NCBI GenBank assembly: GCA_050273025.1
Contig: CP158635.1
Coordinates: forward strand, 27,218,001-27,282,000
Length of the DNA: 64,000 nt
Source of the DNA: Cenococcum geophilum
Lineage: Eukaryota
Direction: 5' to 3'
The notes under the pieces are model-generated. The model had not been told where the DNA came from. It saw nothing but the letters and a program-made list of their open reading frames with translations, and did no database searches. Position numbers and translations under genes: made by a program. Every line of letters starts with the position of its first letter. Within the stretch, counting starts at the first letter, position 1. This document shows, piece by piece, positions 51,201 through 64,000 of the stretch.

Positions 51201-54200
51201 TATATAGCGGAGCTAGTAGAACTAGTTAAACAAGATAAGCACCGATAGCTACTTAAAGAGCTGCCTATAGGCCTAATAGAAGTACTAAACCTATTAGAAA
51301 GGTCTTTCCGCTAGCTAGTAGAAGGCAACTATATAATAAAGGAAGCCCGTAAAGCGCTCCCCCCCTATTTCTATAACTTCCTTAAGATAAATCTAAAAAC
51401 TAAACCTAAGCTTTTATATTGGAAGATAGTTAACACTAATATTAAAAAATTCCTAAAAGGCAAACTAGGATTAACCCGCGAAGACATTCTATAACACCTA
51501 CTAAAGGAGTTTAATAAATATATTAAGCACTTCCTCCCTAAAAACGTAGATAAGCTGCCCCCTTACCAACCATAGGACTATAAAATTAAGATCACCCCCG
51601 GAAACTAGGCCCTATACTATAAAAATAAACCACTCTTACCTGCTAAACTTAGGTATGTAAAGAAGTAGATTAATAAAATGCTAGATAAGGGTTTTATCCG
51701 CGAATTGACCTTACTAGCTGCCGTACCACTTCTCCTCACTACTAAGCCTAGCGGTGGTGTATAAATCTGCTATAACTACTAAGGCCTAAATACAGTCACT
51801 ATTAAGAATTAATACCCACTGCTACTAATCCGTAAGACACTTAACGCACTTTATAGCGCCAAGTACTTTACTAAACTTAATATAATTGCTGCGTTTAACT
51901 AGATCCGGATTACGGAGGGCTATAAGTGGCTTATAGCATTCATTACCCAGTTCGGACTCTATAAGATACTAGTTATACTATTTAGCCTCTATAACGCACC
52001 TACTATATTCCAAAACTATATTAACCATATTCTATATAACGCCCTTAATAACTACTACACTACCTACCTTAATAACGTCCTTATCTTTTCTAAAACACGC
52101 GCTAAGCACACTAAGTATATAAATGAAGTCATCCAAAAACTCGGCAATGCTGGACTTCAGATTAATATTAATAAGTCTAAGTTCTACTCTACTAAAACAA
52201 AATACCTCGGCTTAATTATCTTAACTAATAGCATAACTATAGACCCTAAGAAGATACAGGCCTTACAGGAATAGAAGGACCCGACATTAATTAAAGAACT
52301 ATAATAATTTCTTAGCTTCGCGAACTTCTACTAACAATTTATCTAAGGCTACTCTACTATTGCTATACCTATAACAAAACTTCTAAAGAAGGATATTAGA
52401 TAGCTATAGGGACTAGAACAAGCTAAATCGTTTAAGGCCCTTAAGGGAGCCTTTACTTCAGCACTAGTACTAGCATACTATAACTATATAAAGAAAACAG
52501 TGGTAGAGACAGATATATTAAATTAGGCTTCTAGCGGAGTCCTTTCCTAGTATAATAACGACGGAAAATTAAAACCGGTCGTATTCTTCTCCGTAAAGCA
52601 CTCCGCGCTAGAATATAACTATAAGATCTACAATAAAGAACTCCTAGCTATTGTTAAGGCTTTAGAGGAATAGCGTCCTAAGCTATAAGGGACTAAGGAG
52701 CCGTTTAAAATTATTACCGACTATAAGAACCTATAGACGTTTATAACTACTAAATAGCTAAACTAGCGCTAAGTCCGGTAGGCAGAGTTCCTTTTATAGT
52801 TTAACTTTATAATTATATATAGACCTAATAGCAAAGCCACGCTCCCTAACGCCTTAAGCCGGCTACTAGGAATAAGGCCTAAGGACGCTAATAATAAACG
52901 CCTTTACTACTAAGCCTAAGTCGTTATACCGCCCTAGAAAGTTAACCCTATAATCTTAAAAAAATTACTATATAAGTCCTATAACTCTAATAACGCGGAG
53001 TTCGTAGCCACTCTAGACCCTAAAATAGCCAAAAAGTTACTAAACAAGTTAATTTAGCTAGGATACTAGGAGAACGAACTCGCAAGAGATATAGTAGCAG
53101 CCCTATATAATTAGAAAGCTCGCCATTAGCTAAAGAAAATTAGGAAATTACTTTATTATAACAAGTTAGAATATAGTATCGTTAACGGATAGATCTACTT
53201 TCGCTAATATCTCTTTATCCCTAACGCCCTAGACCTCCGCCTAGAAGTTACCCATCGCTCTTATAGCAGCGGCCCCGCTAGTTACCCCGGCCAGGTTAAG
53301 ACTCTTAACCTCTTAAACCAAACATACTGGTGGCTAGGAATCTCCCAGTTCACAGCTACCTTTATTAAAGACTGTGCCCTATACTTTCGCACTAAAACCC
53401 CCTATTCTGCCCTACCTGGTTTCCTAAAGCCACTAGAATTACCCGCCTGCCTATAGACTAATATCTTAATCGACTATATTATAACGCTGCTAGTATACCA
53501 ACGCTACGGTAAGGTATACAAATATATCCTTATTATTATAAACCGCCTAACTAAAATGTGATACCTTATTCTAGTAACAGGACTCTCAATAAAGGAGTTA
53601 GTTAATAGCTTTGTTAACAACGTATATAAGCTCTACGGTATACTAAGCATAATTATCTTTAATTATGGCACATAATTTATTAGCAACTTTTGGCGACGAC
53701 TAAGTAAACGCCTTAAGACAACTTTACGACCAAGCTTAGCCTAGCACTTAGAAACGGACGGCTAAACTAAAATTATTAACGCCGCCGTAAATAAATACCT
53801 TTATGCTTTTGTTAGCTTTATATAGGACAACTAGGTTAACTACCTGCCGCTCGTTAAGTTTGCTACGAATAACTAAGTTAATAAGAGTATAGGCATCTCC
53901 CCATTTTTTACAAACTATGGCTTTAACCCTCGCCTTAGAATTGAGCCTACTAGCCCCTGCCTACTAATACTATTAGTATAAGCAAAGAAGGAGTTCTTCC
54001 GCGCAGACTCTATGGCTAACCGCTTTAAGCAGATATTAACACAGCTTAAGGCCCTAGCCTAGATTTTACAGTAACGCTATAAAGATAATGCTAATACCCA
54101 TAGGGATAAGAGCGTGTTATTCTATAAAGGTAACATAGTTATAGTTAGCTTAGAAAATATAAAGATAAATAAACCTAAGAAGAAATAGGATAATAAATGG

Positions 54201-55165
54201 GATGGCCCGTACCCCGTACTCGCAGTATACTAAGGGGTAGTTATAATAAACCTCCCGGACTATATCTAAGTAAATAAATCCTTTTATACATCTAAGGTCC
54301 GCCTTTAGGCTACTAAAGAGATCCCTAGCTAAGCAAATATTAATACTATAGAGCGCTATAATATATAAGGACGAGTAGTAGAGAGAGATAATAACGGCAA
54401 TATAGAAGACAAATAGGAGTTTAAGAAAATCCTTAATATACATAACAAAGACCCCTAGGGCCTAACTTATAAGATTAAATGGAAATATTATAAGGATATA
54501 ACCTAGCAGCTAGAGGAAGACCTAAAGGGTTGCGAATAAGCTATATAGCGCTTTTATAAGCAACATCCTAAGAAGCTAGGACCCCCAGACTGGGTATAAG
54601 ATAAGGAAAAGTTACGCTAAAGTCGCAGCCAACCACCGCATTAAAATTTGTGGTGGTTAAGATGTTATAGAACTTTAACTAGTGGTTAAGATGTTATAGA
54701 ACTTTAACTAGTGGTTAAAGTTATCTAATTAGCCAAATTCTTGCTAAGAAACGCCACACGGACCGATTTAGGTGGTAGTATGGAGTTCTGCCGACCTTAC
54801 TTACTAAACTAACTAATTAGGATTTTCCATGCCCGGTATAGAAAATCGCCATTGGCTTAGTTAAGGGCGGTAAGCGGAACTAATATCTTTGTAGTAGAAA
54901 ATAGGCAACCCTATACACTGCCTATTTTTAAATTATTTATTTAGTTTAGGGACTAAACCGTCTAGGGGAGAGGAGTACTGTCACGGCACTAACCTGACGT
55001 ATACTATTTCATACTATCTTGTACTGTTCCCTACTATTAGCTAGCCCACCACTAGCGACTTAGCGGCCGGCCCTACTATTTATATACAATACCCCCTTTC
55101 CACCTTCTTCCCCTCTTTATACTATAACGTAGTTATTTAGTCTACTTTATTGCAGCACTATGATA
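42237..55165 (+). mobile_element. Ty3/Gypsy chromovirus-like element G, RIP-degenerated, interrupted in gag by copy A2
   Basis: 187-bp LTRs at 42237-42423 and 54979-55165; TSD AATAT; PPT GGGGAGAGGAG; protease (LVDSS), RT (YLNNVL), RNase H, integrase and chromodomain-like remnants between 50.2 and 54.6 kb. Confidence 0.9.
43540..49519 (+). mobile_element. Full-length Ty3/Gypsy chromovirus (copy A2, 5,980 bp), same family as A1
   Basis: 227-bp LTRs at 43540-43766 and 49293-49519; TSD ACCAC; colinear with 10285-16264 and differing mainly by C/T and G/A transitions. Confidence 0.94.
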
Positions 55166-57618
55166 AATATATTGCGATAACCTATAGATGATTTAACTAC
55201 TTACTAAAAGTAACGTGGAGCTTAATACTAAGCTTTAATACGTTAATATCTATTACTACTAGCTCCGCTAGGAAGTTTATAAAGGAAGTATTAATATTAA
55301 ATAGGTGCCTACTGTGGATATAATAGCAGACGGCCTAATAAAGGCTCTGCCTCGTTAAAAGTATAAGATATTTATTTAGTAATTAAACCTTATTAATATT
55401 AAGGATTTAATTTAATTTAATTTAAATAATATTTAGGTAAGGTAAATATATAGAGGATTTCCTTTAACTTAACACTAAATTGCTATTATAACTTTTTAGT
55501 ATTTTCTATAGTAGCCCAGAAGGCTCTGTGCAGCTAGGGGGGTGTGTTGACCTGAATTAAAGTTCCTTACTACCATCGTAATACTGTCTAACGACCTAGA
55601 TCGTCTATACGAACTATGTCTTAGTTATCTCGTATCTTGAGCTCATATGTCTTATCGAACGTCTTATTACCTGTTTCTCTTAACTATGACCTACTACATG
55701 ACGACGTCGTCGTTATTGTATTTGGGACCTACCTGATGTATATAAGAGAGCTTCTAGAGCCCTCTTTAATAAAACAGAGTTCTTATTCCTGATCGTCCGT
55801 TCAACAAGTAGTTTTATGTTTAGAGTGCATCGGCATTATCAGCAACTGCAAGGCCAAGAAGCTTCGCTGCCTGCTTTCCATTTCATATTGATGTTTCTCA
55901 ACCCACCGGTCCTGGGTATTATATCATCTCCCCTGCTTCGGTGTTTTTGCGTTATCAACAGTGTACGGAGGTAGGGGTGGAAAACTGCTTGAGAGGGTCT
56001 TGGCATTACGCCAATTTGCCTAGGTAGGCATAGCGTCTAGATATTCTCTTCCAGACGTCCGATCACCAACACCAGGCTTAGTTTGGAAGTCTCCCACTGG
56101 ATCATAGTTTTCAACGCAATGGCTTTGCTATTCTTCTCCCTTTATTGCGGACCCTAGAGCTCTTGACGGGCCGACTGTTATTTTTACACGAATATGCAAA
56201 TAAGAAGGTTGTCTCAGAATTATGCATGTGATGGAACCGCGCGCTTCCAATGGTGTCACATAGGACCCCCAAAGGACAAATAACAAAGGCATGCTGTGCT
56301 TCAGCTAATCTCTGGAGCGGTCAAGCTAGTTACATGCATGATAACCCCGCAACACCTCGAAGCGTGGCTTGACGCGTGTTTGGCAGCTGCATATCTGGGC
56401 CAGGGGGCTGCAGCCATCAAGCCAGGAATTCCCTTCGTTCTCACTTAGGTGAAAACACCACTCCGGCTTTGGAATCTTGTATATCGTGTTGAACTGCTTC
56501 TGAGCGCTAATGTGCACTAGGTTGTGGTTTAAGATTTGGTGGTATCTGTGGTTTCAGGAGGTAATGTATCTGGCGCCAATCCACGCCGGTCTTTCAATCG
56601 TTATCTCTTCCATTCAGAGCTGTAATAAGACACTGTTGCATCCGCTATTGCTCATTGTATTCATTTTCTGCTGCCCATCCCTTGTTGCCGCCAACCGCAA
56701 TGGCGCCATAAGTACGTCTGCTACGAGCCGGACAGGTCCGCTATCCGGGATTGACTGCTCTGCAACTCCCCGCCGAAGCCACAACCTGCCGTTACTTCGG
56801 AAAAGTGCATGCACGACAACCGGACATTGCCTGTAGGCTACCTTTACCGTGGTGGCTGTAGCGGGCGGGCATTCTAATCTCCGGCATGTGGCACTAGGTC
56901 TTGGTGGCCTGAGCCCGTTTTTGTACTATGAAACACAGACATTCGAGTTACCCGGGTGTTGAAGCCAGTCTGACATTTGCCGCGTTTATGTGTAACGTAG
57001 TTTCTTCTCGGTATCGATAAGGTCCGGGGATCTTTTACCAACGATGCACTATGTGCCTTGGCTTAAGCTCAAACCGTTGCGCGTAAAGCTCCACTATTGA
57101 TCCCAGCATTCCGTTTATGCAGTTCCTGAATATGTTACTGAATGGCATCTAGGAATCTACCGCGACTTCACCTTCATACCCTACTCCGACTTCAGCGTCA
57201 AGCCCCCACCACTCTAGAAGGAACCTAGAACTCTCCTTCAGCTGATATCACAATGCTTGCTCTTAAGCATCAACTATAAATGTTGAAGCAGCTGCTGGAT
57301 CCTTCTATTTTCGACTATTATCTCTTATCATTAGCCTTGTTCCAATAAGCGATGCGCTTCGAAGACGCTGTAATGATTGGAAATACTTCACCACAATTAT
57401 GGGTCCAAGCATACTTGATCGAGTAGTGCTAATGCGTAGTAGACTAAATTATGATGAGACATCATGCCTCATGTTAAACGGACCGTGACGGGAATGCTTG
57501 GTAGAAAATGGTGGGCTTGGAGCAACCTGTTTTGTAACGCTGTGCTTTTGTTTTTCTATCGTTTACCTGAGTTGCTCCGCTAACGGACCTGCTACGCCTC
57601 ATTTCTCTTCGTAGTGAT

Positions 57619-58590
57619 TTATGCCTTCATTCTTCGATCCCCCTCAATCCTAAGTCCCAGTTTACGGCCCAGTTCCCCATTATATCTCTCAGATATCTTA
57701 AATTTTAGATCGTTAATTACTTGGGAGGTGTCACACTGGTCTTCCTCATTCATTTCACCCCAATTTCCTTCCCGCCAGTCCCTCGAAGAGCCGTGACCAC
57801 CTGAAGAGCGACACCCGCTTGCGAAGTCATCGGGGGAGCCACAGCCACTCGAAGAATCATCGCCACCAGCAGCCTCATCGACACCATCAGAAAACGTGAA
57901 TGCCTCGCTGATACCCGAATCCGCAATCGGTGGCGGCACCGCGCCACTCCCCGGCCCACCCGCTCCTCGACTCGTTAGACCACTCATCGACCAGTTCGTC
58001 CAGCTTCACTTGCAGGATAGGATCGGGTAGCACCTAGGATTCCTCCAGCCGGAGCATTTCCCTCATCGGGCACGGCGGGCCCTGCCGTCATCATCGTTGC
58101 CGTCCCAGGGGGTGTGCCCTGGCGATGGGGCAGTCTCGTCACTGCGGTTGTCCTGCTGAGATTCTTGCCTCCATTTATTCAGTTCAAGCGTTGCGGGGTT
58201 TTGTTCTTCCTGTGGCCTCGCGTGGCTGGGAGGCCTCGCGATGCTGGCCTCCGTGCTCGGTCTAGGCGAGAAGGATGAGGTGTATAGAGCGGGTGCGGAT
58301 TTGGAGGCGCTCTTCAGTGAGTGCTTAGCGGAGCGGGTTGGGGTCGGGAGAGGTACGGTAGTCTGAGTCCCGGAGCTGATGCGCCGAATAGCAGTCAGGC
58401 CGTGAATAAGGGAGGCTGAGGGAGCTGGTGCTGTAGCGGTGACGCGCGCAGCGGTGCTGAGACTCATGTTTGCGACGCGTCTGGTCTCCATGACGGTTAA
58501 ATGAGAGGGCGATTTGATAGATTTGGATGATGTTATAAGTTGGGTAGTAAGGAGCGTCGTGGGGTGGTTTTGGAGAGATGAGGATGCCAC
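57619..58590 (-). pseudogene. Low-complexity hypothetical ORF pair, possibly a decayed gene
   Basis: 175-aa S/T/P-rich ORF (58063-58590) continues in the same frame through two TGA stops into a 122-aa ORF (57619-57987); no domain recognised. Confidence 0.3.
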
Positions 58591-60702
58591 TCCTTTCTTT
58601 GTGAGTCTGTAAAGTTAAAATGCTGAAGTGTACTGTGACTGTTTGGACTGTGTAGAAAGTTCTCAACGTAAAATTTACCCGTCGAAAGTATCTTAATATT
58701 GGGCATTTGATGCTGTTCCTGTGTTTAAGGTTCAAATTGCGAACTTGAATTTCATCGTAAGGTGCAATTTAGTTAGCCGTTACACGCCAAAAGTATTCTG
58801 AATGAGCACTTGATTCATAGCGGACGTTTCTCTATTATCTTGGATCAAGAGAAATTGTCTTAAGCTACGCTAAAAAATTTCTGAACTGCAAACAAAATTT
58901 AATGAATGGTTGCGAATCGTGACTAAACGACCAGGTTTTTGACCCGATATTGGATTCCTGAGTTTCATCTCGCATCCGCCATATTCTCCGGATATGCTGT
59001 GGCGCTGTGCCACCACTCTGTGGACGTGATGATGCAGCGCAGTCGCATCTTGGAACGAAGCGTGCTGCAGTCCTTCGTAATATTGCTGCTGCGGAACGGG
59101 AAAGGCGACAAGATCCCGTGAAAACGGACATGTGAATGCATAGCATGCTGAAGTCCTCTACGGCTAGTGCGTGACTCCTGCACGAAGGAGCACTTCTCCA
59201 GGAACGCTTAAGTCAACCACGAGTAAAATTTGGACGGCAGAATCTTCGACGAAAGTAACAAGGAATGCCCAAAGAGGAAAGAATTTATGCGCTAAAAGGG
59301 AAATCCGCCCGTTGAGAGGGGTGCTCGTCCCGAGCCGTGTCCCCACCACCCAAAAGAAGGTTAACACGGCCTCGCTGATCACAATGTCAATCTGGTCTAG
59401 GACGTTATCGCATGCGTAAGGTCAACGGCGAAGATCATGCTTCATTGAGTAGATTCTCTGGATCGTCTTTTAAGTGACAGCGCGAATTTAACCATAAAAA
59501 TGTGGCGAAGTGAATTTCTCTCAGCAGCGGGTATCCGTGTGTGATGGTCAAATGCTACAGATGCACTAAAATTGGAAAAAAAGTGCATGTTGACATGCCG
59601 ACCTGGCGAAAAAGCCAGGTGGAGTTGCTTCGGGAGACTGTCACCCGAAGTCTTAGGTGACTGACTCGTCTGGGTGGCTGTTACGCGTTACGGCAAAAGC
59701 AACACAGTGATGTTTGACTGGGCGGATGACGACCAGATGTCGTCGCAGTAAACGAGCGAGAGGCGTTTTTAGATCAGAGTTGAGAAAATCTGGGCATTTA
59801 GCATGGCAGAGAAGCTGACCGCATGTCTGCATCGTCGGAGAATAATTGCCAACCAGCAGGCATTAGCGCGATGGAAAAGAGGCTTGGTTGGCCTTCAGAG
59901 GTTAAAGGCGTGCAAAGCGGGCTTGGAAGGTGTCTTCCAGACCTGTTCTGATCGCAAAATGGGCATCGAGGCATGGCCAAGCTTCGCGCTAGCTGCGACT
60001 GATCTGCTGGCTAAGCTCCATGTGGCGTTGCCGGCTCGTGGTGATCAACCAGCCTGTCGGCGCTGGGTCAGGTGGAGCTTGCGACGACGGGATCAGCTGG
60101 CGGCTGAGCGCCCACACTGACGACGTCGTGGAAATCCAGGAAATGCTGCCATCGTCTGCACCTGTCTAGCCGCCTGCACGGTTCGATGAGATGCAGCAGG
60201 GAGCCAAAGCCAGGATAATTTCGCAGCAGGTCGGGGCCGAGGTTGGGGGGACAGTGAGGGGGCACTTTTTGGGGCGGCATATCTAGTGGCTTTTCCTAAA
60301 ACTGTTGGTGCGTGGCGTCGGATTCGATACATCCGAGAAGTCCCTTGGAACAAGCTTAACCTTAGCTCCGCCGACTGTTGTCCGACAACTGCAGTTCCAG
60401 CCAAGGATTGATGCCTCAAATGGCTGTAGACAACGAGCACCGGGGTCTTTACCAGGTCTCGGGTTACCCAATACCCAAAGAGAGTGGACCCAACCCGTAT
60501 GCTGCTCGCAACGCTGCCCGTTTAATCTCGCGCCTTCCGTACTACCTGCATCACCAAGCACCGCTATGATATGACGCCCTATGAAGTATACAAGTAGTTC
60601 CTGCCCATTACCTTTCCTTCCCACCTTTCCTGCCGTCTTTCCTTTGTATCCATCACTTCTGCATTCCGCACATCTACTTCTGATACTTTGCGAGCTACCA
60701 TC

Positions 60703-61914
60703 ATGGACAACATCACTGTAGAAACTCCATTACTGGAGAGGATGACTGTTCCACCGGTATTCAAAAGCCTTAAGAGCATGAACAAGCTCGCAGAGCCATC
60801 ATTGCTCCATCCACGGACTGAATTCCCGACTCGTGCGCTTTATCAACTCCGTCCTTCAACATCTGTCGCTAACATGTGAGAAGCTACCTTCGCTTTTGCC
60901 CGGAAAGGCATCAGTGGTAGACGTCTTCCACAAGCAATTGCCCATCGGGGTTACAAAGCAAAATTCCCCGAAAACACCATGGGCGCATTTAAAGGTGCTG
61001 TGGAAGTTGGTGCGCATGCCATAGAGACAGACATCCATTTATCCAAGGACGGCGTTGTAGTACTCTCACACGTGAGCTTCAAGCATTAAATCGTAATATT
61101 GTCAGAGATCTAATCCAGAAACCAGGATGCGAATCTGAAGAGGTGTTTCGGAAGGCCGGAAAAGATCATCGATTGCGACTGGAACTTTCTAAGCACATTA
61201 AAGACTCTCAAGGATCCTCAGCAATCAATGCCGCTACTTGTAGACTTGCTCGAGTATCTAGCCAGCCCTGGTCTGGAAGATATCTGGGTATTGCTAGACA
61301 TCAAGGTAAGTCACTTTAGTGAAAAGCGTTTCTCCAAACTGACCTCTTTGCAGCTTGACAACGACGCTGATGATGTTATGCGATTGATTGGAGAGACCAT
61401 TCGCCGGGTACCTCCGTCGCAAAACCGTCCCTGGCACGAGAGGATCGTTCTAGGTTGCTGGGCAGCGAAATATCTGCCTCTCTGCGACGACTACCTCCCG
61501 GGATTCCCCATCACCCACATCGGCTTCTCCATCCTCTACGCCAGCCACTTCCTCAAAATCCCAAATGTCTCGTTCAATCTTCTCCAGGCAGTGCTCATGA
61601 CACCATGGGGTTGCGCATTCATCAAGAAAGCCAAGACCCTTCAACGTCCTATCTTTGCCTGGACCATCAATGATGAGAAGCGAATGCGATGGGGTATTAG
61701 GAAAGAGCTCGATGGTGTAATAACGGACGACCCAAAGCTTTTCCTAGAAGTTCGGGACGGATGGCATGAGGGTGTGAAGGAGCGATTCGGGATAATGGTG
61801 TGGCTGGGCGTGCTCCGGATTAATCTCTTCGCATTGGTCTTCGGTTTCCTGTTTAGAAGGAAGTTCGGTTTTGGCGACAAAAAGATTTTTTTTAGACCAA
61901 CGGTTGAGGATTAA
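60703..61914 (+). CDS. Glycerophosphodiester phosphodiesterase family protein (PGC1-like phosphatidylglycerol phospholipase C); join(60703..60832,60884..61071,61126..61305,61354..61914)
   Basis: [46 protein letters not shown] and [12 protein letters not shown] motifs; C-terminal hydrophobic anchor; three GT-AG introns keep frame. Confidence 0.9.
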
Positions 61915-62204
61915 TGGGCTGTAACATAACATGGTGGTTCGATGTTAGAGATGGAGGCTTTTGTGTTGTTTGTAGAGTCTCGGGATTTGCTCAGGCAGAA
62001 CACGGATTTGGTGCACTCAAAGCCAACGAGAGTTGATGGTGGAAGCATCCATTCGCAATAATGTATTACGAATTCAGTCAAATCTCGATCTTGATGTTGT
62101 GAAAATAAGGAAAGTTCACCGCGAGCCAGGTGTGGTGTCCTCGCAACACTAACTCCCCGCAACGCGTCCACCAGAGCCCGCTAAACAACCACATCACCAC
62201 CAAA

Positions 62205-64000
62205 ATGCCTAGGTACCTGTTGACCTCTTTGATCCTAATACATATGTTATTAACGCTCTATACAGAGAAATAATAACACTCCAGGCGGGCCAGTGCGGCA
62301 ACAGCGGTGCGTCCTGACTCTACATACCCTCTCCGAATGCTCTCTACTATCTGCCACACTGCATGGATTCTTGTTGCGCGCCTTCCCATGCTAGACACAT
62401 ATGACGATTTTCTTGAATGTGAGCTTACGAAATTTAGTGGGCAGTCAATTCTGGCAGCAGCTCTGTCAAGAACATGGCATCAATCAGGACGGTAACCTCG
62501 AAGACTTCGCGACAGAAGGCGGCGATAGGAAAGACGTCTTCTTCTATCAGGTAGAAAATAGCTCGACCCCTAAGCGCTGCACAACTACTAATATATGCCT
62601 TCAGTCCGACGACACGAGATACATCCCCCGTGCTATACTACTCGACCTCGAACCGCGGGTATGTCTCCACCGAGATCAAATATTAGCATGAGTGAAGGAA
62701 ACTGAACTAAGGTCATATCTAGGTACTCAATGCAATACAAAATGGCCCCTACAAGAATATATATAACCCGGAAAACTTCTACATCCACAAAGATGGCACC
62801 GGTGCGGGAAACAACTGGGGAGCGGGATACGCCATGGGGGAGCAGGTACACGAAGAGGTTATGGATATGATTGACAGGGAGGCTGACGGCAGTGATTCTC
62901 TAGAGGTGAGGATACCTGGTATGCTGTGGTGCTGCCATAAGCTAATTGTGAAAGGGATTCATGCTACTACATTCAATTGCGGGTGGTACTGGCTCTGGAA
63001 TGGGAAGTTTTCTACTTGAAAGACTCAACGATCGATTTCCGAAGAAGCTGATCCAGACGTATTCTGTCTTTCCCGATACTCATGATGCCGGAGACATTGT
63101 TGTGCAGCCATACAACAGCCTACTCTCGATGCGGAGATTGACCCAAAATGCCGACTCGGTGGTATGTAGGAGATAATATTGCTGTAAGGCATTTAGCTAA
63201 TCTTTCTAGGTTGTTCTTGACAATGGAGCACTATCGAGAATCGCAGCTGACAGATTACATGTCCAAGAACCTTCATTTGCGCAGACGAATCAGCTAGTAC
63301 GTTAAACACTGGCTTCAACCCTACATCACTACTTATCCATCCTAGGTATCAACCGTCATGTCCGCAAGCACAACTACCCTCCGATATCCCGGCTACATGC
63401 ACAACGACCTTGTTGGCATCGTAGCTTCTCTCATCCCTACACCACGCTGTCATTTCCTCATGACCTCCTACACACCCTTCACAGGCGAGAACGTCGAGCA
63501 AGCCAAGACCGTGCGGAAGACCACAGTCCTAGACGTCATGCGGCGACTCCTCCAACCAAAGAACCGCATGGTGTCCACCAACCCTAGCAAAAAGAGCTGC
63601 TACATCTCCATCCTAAACATCATCCAAGGCGAGGCCGACCCCACCGACGTAAGCATCCTCAACCCTCCCCCCTTCCATCCCCTCACTCTCTAACGCAAGA
63701 AAAATCCAGGTCCACAAATCCCTCCTCCGCATCCGCGAGCGCCGCCTCGCAACCTTTATCCCCTGGGGCCCGGCCTCAATCCAAGTGGCGCTGACGCGCA
63801 AATCGCCGTACATCCCGTCGTCGCACCGTGTGTCGGGCCTCATGCTAGCCAACCACACAGGCATCGCCACGCTGTTCAAGCGCATCGTCTTCCAGTATGA
63901 CCGCTTGCGCAAGCGCAACGCCTTCCTCGAGCAGTACAAGCGCGAGGCGCCCTTCGCCGACGGCCTGGGCGAGTTCGACGAGGCCAGAGAGGTCGTGCAG
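62205..64000 (+). CDS. mipA: Gamma-tubulin (multi-exon, 3' end beyond the window)
   Basis: [69 protein letters not shown] and [10 protein letters not shown] are gamma-tubulin signatures; several short GT-AG introns. Confidence 0.97.

Larger units (their letters stand above)
37518..55806 (+). mobile_element. Ty1/Copia LTR retrotransposon (element F), RIP-degenerated, interrupted in its RNase H region by element G
   Basis: 262-bp LTRs at 37518-37779 and 55545-55806; TSD AGTAG; PBS-like GTTATAAGCCC; PPT before the 3' LTR; integrase before RT (RALYGL near 41364, FFYVND near 41491); RNase H resumes at 55171 (Y-CDNL...IADGL.KAL). Confidence 0.92.

Noticed and set aside
56326..56836. Two minus-strand ORFs in the same frame separated by stops
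   Set aside because: No recognisable domain or splice support; cannot be distinguished from intergenic sequence.
58865..60624. Cluster of 60-115 aa ORFs upstream of the GDPD gene
   Set aside because: Overlapping on both strands with no motif or consistent exon structure.

Overview
Eukaryotic (filamentous ascomycete, Pezizomycotina-type) genomic window with a strongly two-compartment layout. Two AT-rich blocks (~1-20.2 kb and 37.5-55.8 kb) are nests of LTR retrotransposons heavily mutated by RIP (TpA excess, pervasive TAA/TAG stops). I could resolve them by LTR termini and target-site duplications into two Copia-type elements, five Gypsy-type copies (including two full-length 5,980-bp chromovirus twins) and a small non-autonomous LTR element carrying a degenerate double zinc finger. 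Between and after these blocks are intron-containing genes: dynactin p25, a secreted Ala-rich protein, mitochondrial mS38/COX24, a group II G-alpha subunit, a coiled-coil protein, a GDPD/PGC1-like phospholipase and gamma-tubulin (cut by the window end). The gene island also holds an internally deleted hAT element with nested MITEs, a separate MITE and a solo LTR. The most unexplained signal is a GC-rich non-coding stretch at ~22.4-23.0 kb with many nested and crossing helices, a candidate structured ncRNA. All calls come from reading the sequence by eye; no searches were run.
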